Shown: positions 35,298 to 45,105 of the stretch, one piece after another
Layout of the letters: each line of letters starts with the position of its first letter
Position numbering within the stretch: the first letter of the stretch is position 1
DNA from: an uncultured Candidatus Saccharibacteria bacterium
GTDB lineage: Bacteria; Patescibacteriota; Minisyncoccia; Phycocordibacterales; PALSA-1337
Reading direction: 5' to 3'
NCBI GenBank assembly: GCA_964646515.1
Contig: CAZYES010000002.1
Location: 1-61,347, forward strand
DNA length: 61,347 bases
Notes under the pieces: generated by a model
Told to the model about the DNA's origin: nothing
Seen by the model: only the letters and a program-made list of their open reading frames with translations
Databases searched by the model: none
Translations under genes and position numbers: made by a program

Positions 35298-36335
35298 TTA
35301 AAAGGTTACTGTTGTGTTTTGCGGACTTGAATCGGTGTCTTTGAATACTACCGAGAAGCCAGCTTGGGCGTTCTGCAAGATTTGCTTGTTATTTCTGACA
35401 GACAGTTGGATATTTGAAGAACCAGTTAAGCCGTCAGGCGCGCGCAGTACCACCGACTCGTTCATGGTAAGTTCTGGGTGTCTCACGTTGTTGATTAGCC
35501 AAGTCAATACAAGATCGCCGTTACTATTATTTGGCTTGTTAAAACCAAAAGGTACCATGAGTACACTCGTTTCTTTTTCCGATCCTATATTGACGGAGTT
35601 ACCAATAGATTTGTTAAAAAGCGGTCCATACAATGGATCATCTACGTAAAAACCGATCAACGGCGCCACGAAGCTTATGGTAACTGTTCCTATCGCTTGT
35701 GAGCTGTTATCTCTTGGTGAGACGGTAACAGATATAGATGAAGCCTGAGGAACGATCTCACCAGTCAAAATGATTGACTGTTTGCCATAACCAGACAGGT
35801 TTTCTATGGCTTGTCCGTTTCTTTTCCACTTGTAGACGAGAGTTTCCGGATCGTATTCTACTCCAGACGAGTCGGCAATATGTGGGATAGCTATGATTTT
35901 ATAACTATTTTGGTATACAACGGGCATTTTCCCTCTGAACATTGGTGGCACATAACCATCTGTCTCAACGATTAGGTCCACTGAGCCAGAGCCTATTGTG
36001 ATTGAATTTGTTAGATTAGTCCCACCTGTAGTTATCGCCGTGGCTATGATCTTTAATTTTTGACCAAGTTGCGGTGCTTTTACTTCCAGTTTTGTGATAC
36101 CAACATCATTTTGTACGGTTTCTCCGTTTACGGACCAGGTAATTTTTGCCGAATCAATGTTGGCACTGTAACTTCTTGCTGTGATAGTGACCATTTGTCC
36201 TGGAGACGGATTGTTTGGAGAAGCAGAAAGAACTAACCCACTAGTTGCCAAAGGCGCTATCTGTGCATGTGCCGTCGAGATAGAGAATATAATATAGAGG
36301 ACAATTAATGAGACACAACGTTTCATTGCAGTCAT
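35298..36335 (-). CDS. secreted beta-rich (Ig-like repeat) protein
   Basis: Start placed at the ATG giving MTAMKRCVSLIVLYIIFSISTAHA, a signal peptide. The track ORF extends 20 codons further upstream. Confidence 0.5.
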   Translation of the reverse strand: MTAMKRCVSLIVLYIIFSISTAHAQIAPLATSGLVLSASPNNPSPGQMVTITARSYSANIDSAKITWSVNGETVQNDVGITKLEVKAPQLGQKLKIIATAITTGGTNLTNSITIGSGSVDLIVETDGYVPPMFRGKMPVVYQNSYKIIAIPHIADSSGVEYDPETLVYKWKRNGQAIENLSGYGKQSIILTGEIVPQASSISVTVSPRDNSSQAIGTVTISFVAPLIGFYVDDPLYGPLFNKSIGNSVNIGSEKETSVLMVPFGFNKPNNSNGDLVLTWLINNVRHPELTMNESVVLRAPDGLTGSSNIQLSVRNNKQILQNAQAGFSVVFKDTDSSPQNTTVTF

Positions 36336-36401
36336 TTTATCAATAAACACGGATAATTGCGATTGTAGCTGTGTACGATGTGCTTTTTGAGTCATATAAA
36401 T

Positions 36402-36830
36402 TTAATTTTGTGGGGCACGGACGCCGTCGACATTGGCTGGTTGCATGGCTTGTGCTGGCAATCTGATACCATCCTGATTGAGTGGGCGAGACGCATGACC
36501 GTTCATGGCAGATATGGTTTTTGACATACCTAGCTTGTCTTCGGTTCTGACCATGACTATTACGATGATGATACCGGCCAGAGTCATAGGAAAGGCCTGG
36601 ATTGCGGGGATCATCTCGGCTATTGTTGATATAGCTCCTGTGGCCAATCTTTTTGCGTTTACGAAACCACAGCCAATTTTCCAGAGATATACGCTGGCGC
36701 ACACCCAGAATACTGGCCCAGAAATGTCCCCAACAAATGGTATCAAACTAAGGAGATCGGCCAATACTGCAAAAGAAATGAAGAAGACCATTCCGATTAT
36801 CCCTATACGATATTTGGTTTGTCCTTCCAT
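36402..36830 (-). CDS. small polytopic membrane protein
   Basis: 142 aa with 3-4 TM segments and a soluble tail. Confidence 0.5.
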   Translation of the reverse strand: MEGQTKYRIGIIGMVFFISFAVLADLLSLIPFVGDISGPVFWVCASVYLWKIGCGFVNAKRLATGAISTIAEMIPAIQAFPMTLAGIIIVIVMVRTEDKLGMSKTISAMNGHASRPLNQDGIRLPAQAMQPANVDGVRAPQN

Positions 36831-36873
36831 GGTGACCTAATTATAGCAGAACTTATTTGTTTGTAGGTTTTAT

Positions 36874-38688
36874 CTATTGACCTGACGCTTCTAGTTCCCT
36901 CTTTGCTTGTTGTATCTGCATTATTTGCGCGGGGTTGGTGGTGATGATCTGGTCTTCCGTGTATGAGGCAACGATTTTCATGGCCACGTGTTTCAATCCT
37001 ACGAAGAACATCCCTTCGCCAACGTCAGATTCTAGGAGTAAATATTTTTCTTCGTCGGTTAGGTTGAAGGTTTTTTGTATGTGGTCTATAACTGATGGTG
37101 ATTGTTTCAAAAGAATTTGTATAGAAGAGTTGGTCACAATGGGCATGCCGTATGGGGAATTTAGAAAGTCGTCCACATCTTGCGTGATTGTCGCTAGACC
37201 AAGAAAATATTTACGTCCACGTTTGGCTAGGCTGAACAGGAACGAGGCGGTATCTTCAGATTTCATCATCCACCACGCTTCATCTATCACTAGTAGTCGT
37301 TTCTTTAGGTCCTTACGGACGGCATTCCATATATAGTGAGTCACGATGTACATTGCCACTGGTTTCAGTTCGTCCTCCATGTCTCTCAAGGAAAATACGG
37401 CAAATTTTTTGTTTATGTCCACATTTGAAGGACGATTGATGAATCCAGCCCAAGTTCCTTTGGTATACTTGGTCAATCTTTGTACCAATGAATCGGCGCC
37501 TTCCATTCCCGCAAGGACCATTTCAAAGTCTGAAAGTAATGGGGGTTCAACGCTTCGAAAATCTGATTCGGGGGTTATATCTTTGAGAGCGTAGGTCTCT
37601 GAAATAGCTCGGTCAATGATGGCGTCTTCTTCTTGTGTTAGACCTCCTAACATGATGCGGAATAATCCGACAAGGTTGATGATATTTGATCTCAGAACAT
37701 CAGAGGCTGACTCATCCTCTCGGGGTATTGGCAGATCAAATGGATTGATATGATGTTCGGAATTGAGAGAAATATTGAAATACTTCCCTCCCGTGGCTTC
37801 GGCCATGTATTCGTATTCTTTTTCTGGATCGATGACGATAACATCGGTGTCAAACATCAAAGTTCTCAGAATCTCAAGCTTTGTGCAATAAGATTTACCG
37901 GCGCCAGCAACGGCAAAAGTCACCGAATTGTAGTTTTCCAACAAAAAACGATCAAAAAGTACCAGAGAAGAATTGTGTCGATTGATACCATACAAAATGC
38001 CTTTGTCGGAGGTCAAATCGAAAGAAACGAATGGAAATAGCGATGAAAGTGGCGAAGAATTAAGCTTTGAATGTACAGCCAATTGGTCGTCCCCTATTGG
38101 AATAACGCTCTTGAACCCTTGTTCCTGTTGAAACAGTGCCGGTTTTACGTAGACGAGTTTTGATTCAAGAATGGATTTTATCTCTGATTCTAGTTTATCC
38201 AACTCGCCTTCGGAGTCTGCAAAAATAGTTATGTAGACGCCAACATCAAAGAGATGTTCTTGTGCCTGCATGAGCTGGTCACGCAAAGCTTCTAGATCTT
38301 GATAAGCGGTGTCTAATGCTGGGTCACGCACTAACCCCTTTTCTTCTCTTCTGGATATTTGGCTTTGCACTTCGGCTACTTTCTTTTGGAAATGACGCAA
38401 CACTTTGGCCGTGTCCACCGGATGTATGAAGATAGAGACATTAAAAACCTTGTCTAGATTAATAATTGGCGCGAACCAGCTTCCATCGAGAAAACGCGGA
38501 TATGAGATAACGAACAGGGTGCGTCCTACTTTTTCGCCCAGATTCAATTCCTTGGGACTTATTTTTAATGCCGATGGAGCAATAACATCTTTTAATTCCA
38601 ATACGCCAGCTTGGTATATCTCTTCAGGTAGGATAGAAACTATTGGGGATTCTTCTTTTTTGCCTAGTAATTTGTTGAATAGAGACAT
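36874..38688 (-). CDS. virB4: VirB4/TrbE-type T4SS ATPase (C-terminal ~3/4 of a Gram-positive-type VirB4)
   Basis: Walker A FAVAGAGKSY; Walker B LLVIDEAWWMM; LGLATITQD. The start codon lies 1 nt after the stop of the upstream ORF. Confidence 0.8.
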   Translation of the reverse strand: MSLFNKLLGKKEESPIVSILPEEIYQAGVLELKDVIAPSALKISPKELNLGEKVGRTLFVISYPRFLDGSWFAPIINLDKVFNVSIFIHPVDTAKVLRHFQKKVAEVQSQISRREEKGLVRDPALDTAYQDLEALRDQLMQAQEHLFDVGVYITIFADSEGELDKLESEIKSILESKLVYVKPALFQQEQGFKSVIPIGDDQLAVHSKLNSSPLSSLFPFVSFDLTSDKGILYGINRHNSSLVLFDRFLLENYNSVTFAVAGAGKSYCTKLEILRTLMFDTDVIVIDPEKEYEYMAEATGGKYFNISLNSEHHINPFDLPIPREDESASDVLRSNIINLVGLFRIMLGGLTQEEDAIIDRAISETYALKDITPESDFRSVEPPLLSDFEMVLAGMEGADSLVQRLTKYTKGTWAGFINRPSNVDINKKFAVFSLRDMEDELKPVAMYIVTHYIWNAVRKDLKKRLLVIDEAWWMMKSEDTASFLFSLAKRGRKYFLGLATITQDVDDFLNSPYGMPIVTNSSIQILLKQSPSVIDHIQKTFNLTDEEKYLLLESDVGEGMFFVGLKHVAMKIVASYTEDQIITTNPAQIMQIQQAKRELEASGQ

Positions 38689-38689
38689 G

Positions 38690-39331
38690 TTAGGTTATTT
38701 GGATGGGTTTTTCTGTTTCGCCCGGGTTGAATAATTTATAATATAACTCCACTACTTCTTCTGTCCCCAACTCTGCTACACGAACACCGCATCTTACCAA
38801 GCCCTGTTCGACGACGGTGACGCGTTGTTCCAACTGGCTTCGATATTCTTGGAATTGTTCATCGGCGCTCTCGGTTCGTGTTTTTCCTTTGTTTCTGCCT
38901 GGCATTATGTTGGAAATCGGGTTGTTACTACTGCTCATAATTGCCGGATCATATGGTATGACAACGAAGAAACTTTTTGACATGATGTTGGTGCTTTCTA
39001 CGAAAGCCTTGATGAATTCTATATATTCGCGAACTTGTATTTTCATTAACTCGGTTTGTTGCTCTTTGTAACGATCTTCGAGTAGCGCTATATATGGCCT
39101 GATGTCTAGTTTTTTTGATTGCACAAAAATTTGTATCGGGAAATCCAGGGAGTTTAAGAAATTTTGAAATTGAAAAAGAATAGAATTTTGCTCATCCTGT
39201 GATTTTAGGGCGAAATTCAATGATGAAGCCAAAATGATCGAACGCATGTTGCCATTTTTTAGGACGATTACGCCGTCGCGAATTTCTTGTATTGGCACAA
39301 AGTCTTGAGTTGTTTTTGATTTGTCAGCCAT
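38690..39331 (-). CDS. 213-aa protein resembling the N-terminal domain of Gram-positive VirB4 ATPases (possible split VirB4)
   Basis: TQDFVPIQEIRDGVIVLKNGNMRSIILASSLNFALKSQDEQNSILFQFQNFLNSLDFPIQIFVQSKKLDI...FFVVIPYD follows the pattern I recall for the N-termini of Tn916-Orf16/PrgJ-type ATPases. Not verified by alignment. Confidence 0.45.
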   Translation of the reverse strand: MADKSKTTQDFVPIQEIRDGVIVLKNGNMRSIILASSLNFALKSQDEQNSILFQFQNFLNSLDFPIQIFVQSKKLDIRPYIALLEDRYKEQQTELMKIQVREYIEFIKAFVESTNIMSKSFFVVIPYDPAIMSSSNNPISNIMPGRNKGKTRTESADEQFQEYRSQLEQRVTVVEQGLVRCGVRVAELGTEEVVELYYKLFNPGETEKPIQIT

Positions 39332-39333
39332 TT

Positions 39334-39768
39334 TTATTTTTGGTTTTTGTTAGAATATATACTCTCTTTAATATCCAAACTCCAAGTCAAATCTTTGAGT
39401 TTACTATTGGAAATTTTTGGAACGGTTATGGAAGCATAATTTTTGGCATCCTTGATTGAGCTTTGCACGTCTTTGGGTTGTGGTTTTTGGGTCTTTTCCC
39501 AGATGTAAAGTTTGTTGCCGATGAAATACTTGAACCCGTATTCTACTACATTTATGAGTGGTTTATTATTTATTTTGTAAAATGCCAAAGCGCCTGATAT
39601 GCCTATAATAACCACTATAGGGATGGCCGATAGCCACAAACTGCCCAAAAGTACATATACCAAAAACGATAGACCACCTCCGCCAGCCAGGTATATAAAC
39701 TGTTTCAGTGTAAGCGGTCCGAAGATTTTGTCTTCTATTTCTATGAATTGAGGTACTTGGAAACGCAT
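39334..39768 (-). CDS. PrgI/VirB3-like two-TM protein
   Basis: MRFQVPQFIEIEDKIFGPLTLKQFIYLAGGG followed by two TM helices, the PrgI-family signature. Confidence 0.6.
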   Translation of the reverse strand: MRFQVPQFIEIEDKIFGPLTLKQFIYLAGGGGLSFLVYVLLGSLWLSAIPIVVIIGISGALAFYKINNKPLINVVEYGFKYFIGNKLYIWEKTQKPQPKDVQSSIKDAKNYASITVPKISNSKLKDLTWSLDIKESIYSNKNQK

Positions 39769-39822
39769 TGCTTGTATTATAGCTTATTTGTTCTGGAACA
39801 GCGAAAGTATTTTTGGTAATGA

Positions 39823-40536
39823 TCACTCTATGGGTTCCCTATATGGGTCTGGACCGGTTCTTTTTGCTGGTATAGCTTGAGCCGGTCTCTCATTTTGTGT
39901 GGGGTTTACTGTTTTTGCTGGACCATCTGGTATCTGTTTCGTGGGCACATTTTCTGGCGCTGGCGCTCCGACATTATAGGTTGTTTTTTCTTCTACTTGT
40001 GCTCTACCACCTTCTAGTAATTGGTCGATCAATGGCTCGGTGAATGTTTCACTACTTTCTTTCTGTACAACGGTTTCTTTGCTCGGTGTGGGATTTTCTA
40101 TGTCTGAAATGATTTTTTCTTTATCTGCTGGGGTTACGCCGTTATTGCCATTTTCAGTTTCTTTTTTTTCTTGTTCGACCGTGAAATTGCCAACAGTCTC
40201 TAGATTTGAAATTGTTTGTGCCTCGTATTCTTGTATTTGTGCTTGCATTTCCTTCTTTATAGTTTGGAATACATCTTCGTTTACCATTTTTGCTATTTTT
40301 TCGGCGGTATCTCTGTCGATTTCGAGTCGTTTTACTATGTTCGTGACGAAATCTTTTGATTGGCTCTGTCCCGTAATGGTGTCGCCTATCTCGGCATCGA
40401 GTTCCCCTATCTGGTCTATGTGTAGGCCAAATTGATTTCCTATTTTTTCACAGGCATCGTATATCATCGGCGATTGAGCCAACTTGATCATGTCCTCGTT
40501 TTTTGTTTTTGTTGTGTCCATTTTTTTATTAGTCAA
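39823..40536 (-). CDS. hypothetical acidic soluble protein
   Basis: 237 aa, rich in E/T/Q. No recognisable motif. Confidence 0.45.
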   Translation of the reverse strand: MTNKKMDTTKTKNEDMIKLAQSPMIYDACEKIGNQFGLHIDQIGELDAEIGDTITGQSQSKDFVTNIVKRLEIDRDTAEKIAKMVNEDVFQTIKKEMQAQIQEYEAQTISNLETVGNFTVEQEKKETENGNNGVTPADKEKIISDIENPTPSKETVVQKESSETFTEPLIDQLLEGGRAQVEEKTTYNVGAPAPENVPTKQIPDGPAKTVNPTQNERPAQAIPAKRTGPDPYREPIE

Positions 40537-40592
40537 CTGTATTAGTATATTTATCGAATACTTTTTTCATTGGCTAGTTCTTCTCCGTTAAA

Positions 40593-42569
40593 TTATGTCC
40601 AGCTATCAATGTTACGGTTGATATATCCAGCTGCTGCATGTTTTCGTCCTGCTCTAGGGCCAGTGGTACTTGTTATTTGATTTAGGACCTTATTGGCGAT
40701 CAGGGTTTTTGTCCCTTGGTCTAGGCCATTTTTGTCCAAATAATCTAGTTGTCCAGCATTCAGGAATGGGACGAAATAAGCACCCGATACCATGCCAGGA
40801 TTTTTTGTGGCGATTTTTAGTAAATCTGGACCATTAAGGTTTTTTACCATGTTTTCTATACTTGAAGTGTTGCCACTCGTCACGGCGTCGTTCACTGACA
40901 GATTCAGGGCCTTTTCTCTGTTATCCATTACTGATTTCTTGTCTGCGTCAGAAATATCTTCCGATTTCATTATGGCTTCGAAGTCATCTTTTCCTAACCG
41001 CTTTATTACTTCAATGTTTTTGAGGTTATCGGCTCCCAGTGCAAGTCTTTCTTTTGTATTCATTTTGCCGATGATATTTTCTACGGTTATTATCTCACCA
41101 GTCTTTGGATCTTTTCTAATTACTGGTGGCGCTCCCGGTTTGATGTCTTTCAGTGCGATACCAAGTTGATCTCTGCGATCAAATTCAGCCTTTTTGCTTT
41201 CTGCCACCTTTTTTTCTTTTGAGTATTCCTCGGCAGATCTCTTTGTGCCGAATTTCTTTTTAGCCAGAGCTCCCGTTGTAGCACCTCTAATATCTTTTCC
41301 GAGTACAGTATCTCCGAAGAATCTTGAGTTTGATAACTTTTTGTCCAACGACATGGCCCCTGCTCCTATGGTGCCTCTGGCAAGCACTCCGCCAGCTGTT
41401 GTGGCTGTCCCAACAGTCGCTGATTTTGCCAAACCTCCTGCTCTACTCCACATTGCTCCGGCGCCGATCTTACCACCGAGTTTGTTCAAGTATTGGTTCG
41501 CTATACCTTCTCCACCAGCGCCAAGCTTGAGTGCGGCCAGCAATGGCAAGTTGAGCATTATTATTACAAAAACGCAGTTAGCGATGAGACCGAAGAAACT
41601 GAAGTAGAAATTGGTATTAGCTACACCCAAGCTTTCAGTGAAATTGGTACCGTTTACGACCTGTAGAGCCATATACATGAGAAGCAGATATGCCGGCATG
41701 AATATCAGTTGCCCGGATAGCAGTTTCCAACCTTTGTTAGCGTATTCTTTGAGTTGGGGTATTATATATGCCGCAAACCAGATCGGTGAGAATCCAAGTA
41801 GAAAGACCAAAATAGCCAGTCGTATGATAAAAGCCAGAGACGCAAATAGAAAACTTAGACCAGCTGTTATCATCATCCCTGCTCCAGCAAAACTGACGAT
41901 GGCTATACGTATCCAGTTTGGTAATCTATCCCCAGTATTGGCGGTCATATTTTCAATACCTTCACTTTTATATAACTGAGTGAGATTTAATGAATTCATA
42001 AAGACATCGGATATACTGCCTTTGACCATAGATTCTTGTGCCAACGAAGTAATTGGCACGTCTTTGATTGGTAATACATTGGGGGTTAGTTGTTTGAACA
42101 ATTGTACAGAGACTATGTTGGAGGCATCTATCAAGACGCTGACGATGAAAAAACTGAAGTTTATTAGAACCCCAGCGATAATTATGTTTTTCATTATTTC
42201 GCCGAATCCCGGTCTTTTTAGGTCCAATATCATCTGAAAGGCCATGAACAACAAAGAGAATATGATGAACATGCCTGTTATGTCTCGTATTGATCTCCAA
42301 ACAACATATATGGCGGGTGTGCTATCCACGAAATCTTTTATCTGTATGGTGATATTGATAGACATGTTCAATATCAGTCCACATATGCTTAGAAAAGCAG
42401 AGGCAAGTGTTAGGACAAAGTATCCCAATCTATTAAAAATCGCTTCCGCAATGCTATCTCCAAGACTAGCATTAGCAATATGCGCAGGTATGCTTATCAT
42501 GTAAATGATCAGGATCGATATTATGATTAATGGCAGGTATTTCTTCATTTTTTGTTGGTAGCGCGACAT
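40593..42569 (-). CDS. VirB6/TrbL-like polytopic membrane protein with a Gly-rich linker and a soluble C-terminal domain
   Basis: At least 6 TM helices in the first 370 aa, then GAGGEGIANQYLNKLGGKIGAGAMW..., then a 250-aa charged domain. Its position next to PrgI/VirB4 is as in Gram-positive T4SS loci. Confidence 0.55.
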   Translation of the reverse strand: MSRYQQKMKKYLPLIIISILIIYMISIPAHIANASLGDSIAEAIFNRLGYFVLTLASAFLSICGLILNMSINITIQIKDFVDSTPAIYVVWRSIRDITGMFIIFSLLFMAFQMILDLKRPGFGEIMKNIIIAGVLINFSFFIVSVLIDASNIVSVQLFKQLTPNVLPIKDVPITSLAQESMVKGSISDVFMNSLNLTQLYKSEGIENMTANTGDRLPNWIRIAIVSFAGAGMMITAGLSFLFASLAFIIRLAILVFLLGFSPIWFAAYIIPQLKEYANKGWKLLSGQLIFMPAYLLLMYMALQVVNGTNFTESLGVANTNFYFSFFGLIANCVFVIIMLNLPLLAALKLGAGGEGIANQYLNKLGGKIGAGAMWSRAGGLAKSATVGTATTAGGVLARGTIGAGAMSLDKKLSNSRFFGDTVLGKDIRGATTGALAKKKFGTKRSAEEYSKEKKVAESKKAEFDRRDQLGIALKDIKPGAPPVIRKDPKTGEIITVENIIGKMNTKERLALGADNLKNIEVIKRLGKDDFEAIMKSEDISDADKKSVMDNREKALNLSVNDAVTSGNTSSIENMVKNLNGPDLLKIATKNPGMVSGAYFVPFLNAGQLDYLDKNGLDQGTKTLIANKVLNQITSTTGPRAGRKHAAAGYINRNIDSWT

Positions 42570-42599
42570 GACACTATATTAACGTAACCAATCTTCTAT

Positions 42600-44165
42600 C
42601 TAAATCGTAGTGGTGCAGGCGGATAATAACTGACCATATTGTGTCTGCAACATTTCCAGTGTTGAGTTAACTGATTCTTGGTCGTTATTTGCATTGGTGA
42701 TATCATTTTCGGTTATTATGGTTCCAGACGAAAGCATATTGCCGTACCTCTTGCTCAACTGATCGATCAGTTTAGGATCATTTGTTCTAGATGCCTCAGT
42801 TTTTATTCCGTTGAGGGTATTCAAACTATTATTTGCCTGGTCGGCCTTGTTCTGATACTGCGCCTGAAGTGGTCCAATCTGTCCAGCCAAGATATTGTCT
42901 CTTTGACTTGACGGGCACAGAGACTCATAGAGGGCTTTCATATTGTTGATATCAGCCAGAGTCTTGTCTCTCAAAGCCTTGTATCTGTTAGCTATTGTTA
43001 TGTTCCCCTCGATATTATCCAATAGTTCTGTTTTGGTATTGTCCGCCGGTTTTGTGTTGGCCGTATCAGTTCTCAGGTTGTCAATTAGTGATTGTGTTTC
43101 GCCATAATTGTATTCTCCCTGGCTAGATGAATATAGTCCTTTCTGCAGGATATTTTTTACGAGTTGATTGAAGGCGGCACTGATGATTTCGTCTATTTCG
43201 TCTGCGGCAACCAAACTATCGTTCCCTGATGATAATTGGACATTTAGCGCAGATGATATGACCGAGCCAGGAGTTTCTGTGTGGCATATCTGATATGTAA
43301 CGTTTCCATCGCTACCCATTTTCGGAGTGATTTCTGGATTGTTCAAAGCGGAATAGTCTTCTGAATTTTCTGGGTCTATATTTTCACATACTTTGTAAGA
43401 CATAAATCCACCACCTCGGTTTAGATCGTTATTGATGGCAGTTTGTGCCTTTTCTATTTCGTTTTGTAGGTCCGCGTCCGCCAGGAGTTTTGCTCCTATC
43501 CAGTTATTTTGTTGTTCAGTAGTCATGGCAATGAAAGCTGGCCAACCACCCTGCGAAAAGTCTCCACCCATAAAAGCGTCGATACCGCCTGAACCAGCCT
43601 GGACACCTGCAACAGTTGACCCGTTAACAGAGACTCCGGCACTAGCACGGGCATTTCTCACATTTTCGATGATGGTGTCCAAAGTACAAGCATATCTCTG
43701 TTGTCTGGCCGGTAAACTTTCTTGAGCCCTTAGCGCTATATCCAAACGGAGGTTGAGATTGAATGGAGAACAGAGGTCTTGCAGAATCCCATTGTTTGCG
43801 ATAAAGGCTCCAGTTAACTGATTGGCAGAGTCTAGGAAAAATGATTGTGGGTGAGTCAAAAATGCTGGACTGCCGTTGAAACCACTGTTAATCCAATCTA
43901 TTACATCTGCTGTTACTGACTGTAACAATTGTTTTGCCAATGCCCAAGCCAAAGGATCTAAGACCGTTTCCTTGAGTTTCATATACGTGTCGTGAACAAC
44001 TTGAAGTATTGATTGGATTGAAGTTATTTTGTTTACTGAAGTGTTTGCGGCATCAAATACAGGGTAGACCGCTTGCGTTTGTTTGGGCACAGACATACTT
44101 ATGATGGCCAGTATCAATCCGATGATGACGAGCTGTTTTGCGATTGAGTGTTTTTGATTTTTCAT
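42600..44165 (-). CDS. secreted/anchored protein of unknown function
   Basis: N-terminal anchor or signal IAKQLVIIGLILAIISMSVPKQTQA; 521 aa. Confidence 0.45.
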   Translation of the reverse strand: MKNQKHSIAKQLVIIGLILAIISMSVPKQTQAVYPVFDAANTSVNKITSIQSILQVVHDTYMKLKETVLDPLAWALAKQLLQSVTADVIDWINSGFNGSPAFLTHPQSFFLDSANQLTGAFIANNGILQDLCSPFNLNLRLDIALRAQESLPARQQRYACTLDTIIENVRNARASAGVSVNGSTVAGVQAGSGGIDAFMGGDFSQGGWPAFIAMTTEQQNNWIGAKLLADADLQNEIEKAQTAINNDLNRGGGFMSYKVCENIDPENSEDYSALNNPEITPKMGSDGNVTYQICHTETPGSVISSALNVQLSSGNDSLVAADEIDEIISAAFNQLVKNILQKGLYSSSQGEYNYGETQSLIDNLRTDTANTKPADNTKTELLDNIEGNITIANRYKALRDKTLADINNMKALYESLCPSSQRDNILAGQIGPLQAQYQNKADQANNSLNTLNGIKTEASRTNDPKLIDQLSKRYGNMLSSGTIITENDITNANNDQESVNSTLEMLQTQYGQLLSACTTTI

Positions 44166-44167
44166 TG

Positions 44168-45058
44168 TTATTGATTAAAGATTGAACCGCCTTCAAAATC
44201 ATTGTAGGTGATATTGGCTGAGGCTAAGGCCATTTTTATAGAAAGTATATTTTGTGTGATAAGACCGTATGCAGTCTCGTACGTTTCCAGGGCATTTATG
44301 GCTTGCATAGGATCTGTTTCTTGTTTTTGAAATGAAATGTTCACATATATCATATTACTGATTCCATTTATTAGACCGATATGATAGGTTGCCAAGTCGG
44401 TCGGTACAGGAATTTTTAATAATCCAGCCAGTATCGCGCGGTATTTTTTCTCATTTCCAGCCAGTTCCTCTACATATTTCGGATTTTTTTTCTGCATGCC
44501 TTCCAAAGCCAAGGATGCGTCCTCTTGCGTTGGGGCGTATGTCTTTATTAGTGTTCCGATACTATTGCCATATTGACGAAGCGCGGTAATGTCATTATTG
44601 CGGTTAGTTTTGATGTCGCCCGTTGTGTATGTTTTTGGTTTATCTTGTCCAGAATAATCTTGTGCCAAAAGACTAGCTATTGTACTACTTACGACACTTG
44701 AGTCATTATTTAAACCGATTTGTTTGAGGTTGATGTACTGTGTGAACAGGTCTCTGCCAAATAATTGGGTGGCAGTGAGATTTTCTTCTGTTTTTATGGT
44801 TTTGTCAGATGTGGGCGTAGATTTGAGGACGTTATTGCTGGGATTACCTTGTAAAAATGACTTTTGCCAATCTGTACTAGTACTTGTCGTGGTGTTTTTA
44901 TTGTTTTGTGTCTCTGTCGATATGAGAGGGGCTTCTTGATCTTTTTGTTTTTGTTTTGTCGACGTATTTCCAAACGCATAAATAGCCGTAGCCACTACTG
45001 CTAAGAGGCAGACGATAAATATTAGCATGGTCTGTTTTTGCGGGTGAAACGTGGCCAT
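44168..45058 (-). CDS. N-terminally anchored protein of unknown function (first gene of the operon)
   Basis: TM MLIFIVCLLAVVATAIYAF; a T/N/K-rich linker; a helical domain. Confidence 0.45.
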   Translation of the reverse strand: MATFHPQKQTMLIFIVCLLAVVATAIYAFGNTSTKQKQKDQEAPLISTETQNNKNTTTSTSTDWQKSFLQGNPSNNVLKSTPTSDKTIKTEENLTATQLFGRDLFTQYINLKQIGLNNDSSVVSSTIASLLAQDYSGQDKPKTYTTGDIKTNRNNDITALRQYGNSIGTLIKTYAPTQEDASLALEGMQKKNPKYVEELAGNEKKYRAILAGLLKIPVPTDLATYHIGLINGISNMIYVNISFQKQETDPMQAINALETYETAYGLITQNILSIKMALASANITYNDFEGGSIFNQ

Positions 45059-45105
45059 AAAACTGCAACAAGTATAGCAGATTATGGTCAGTTATGGGAT
45101 AAAAG

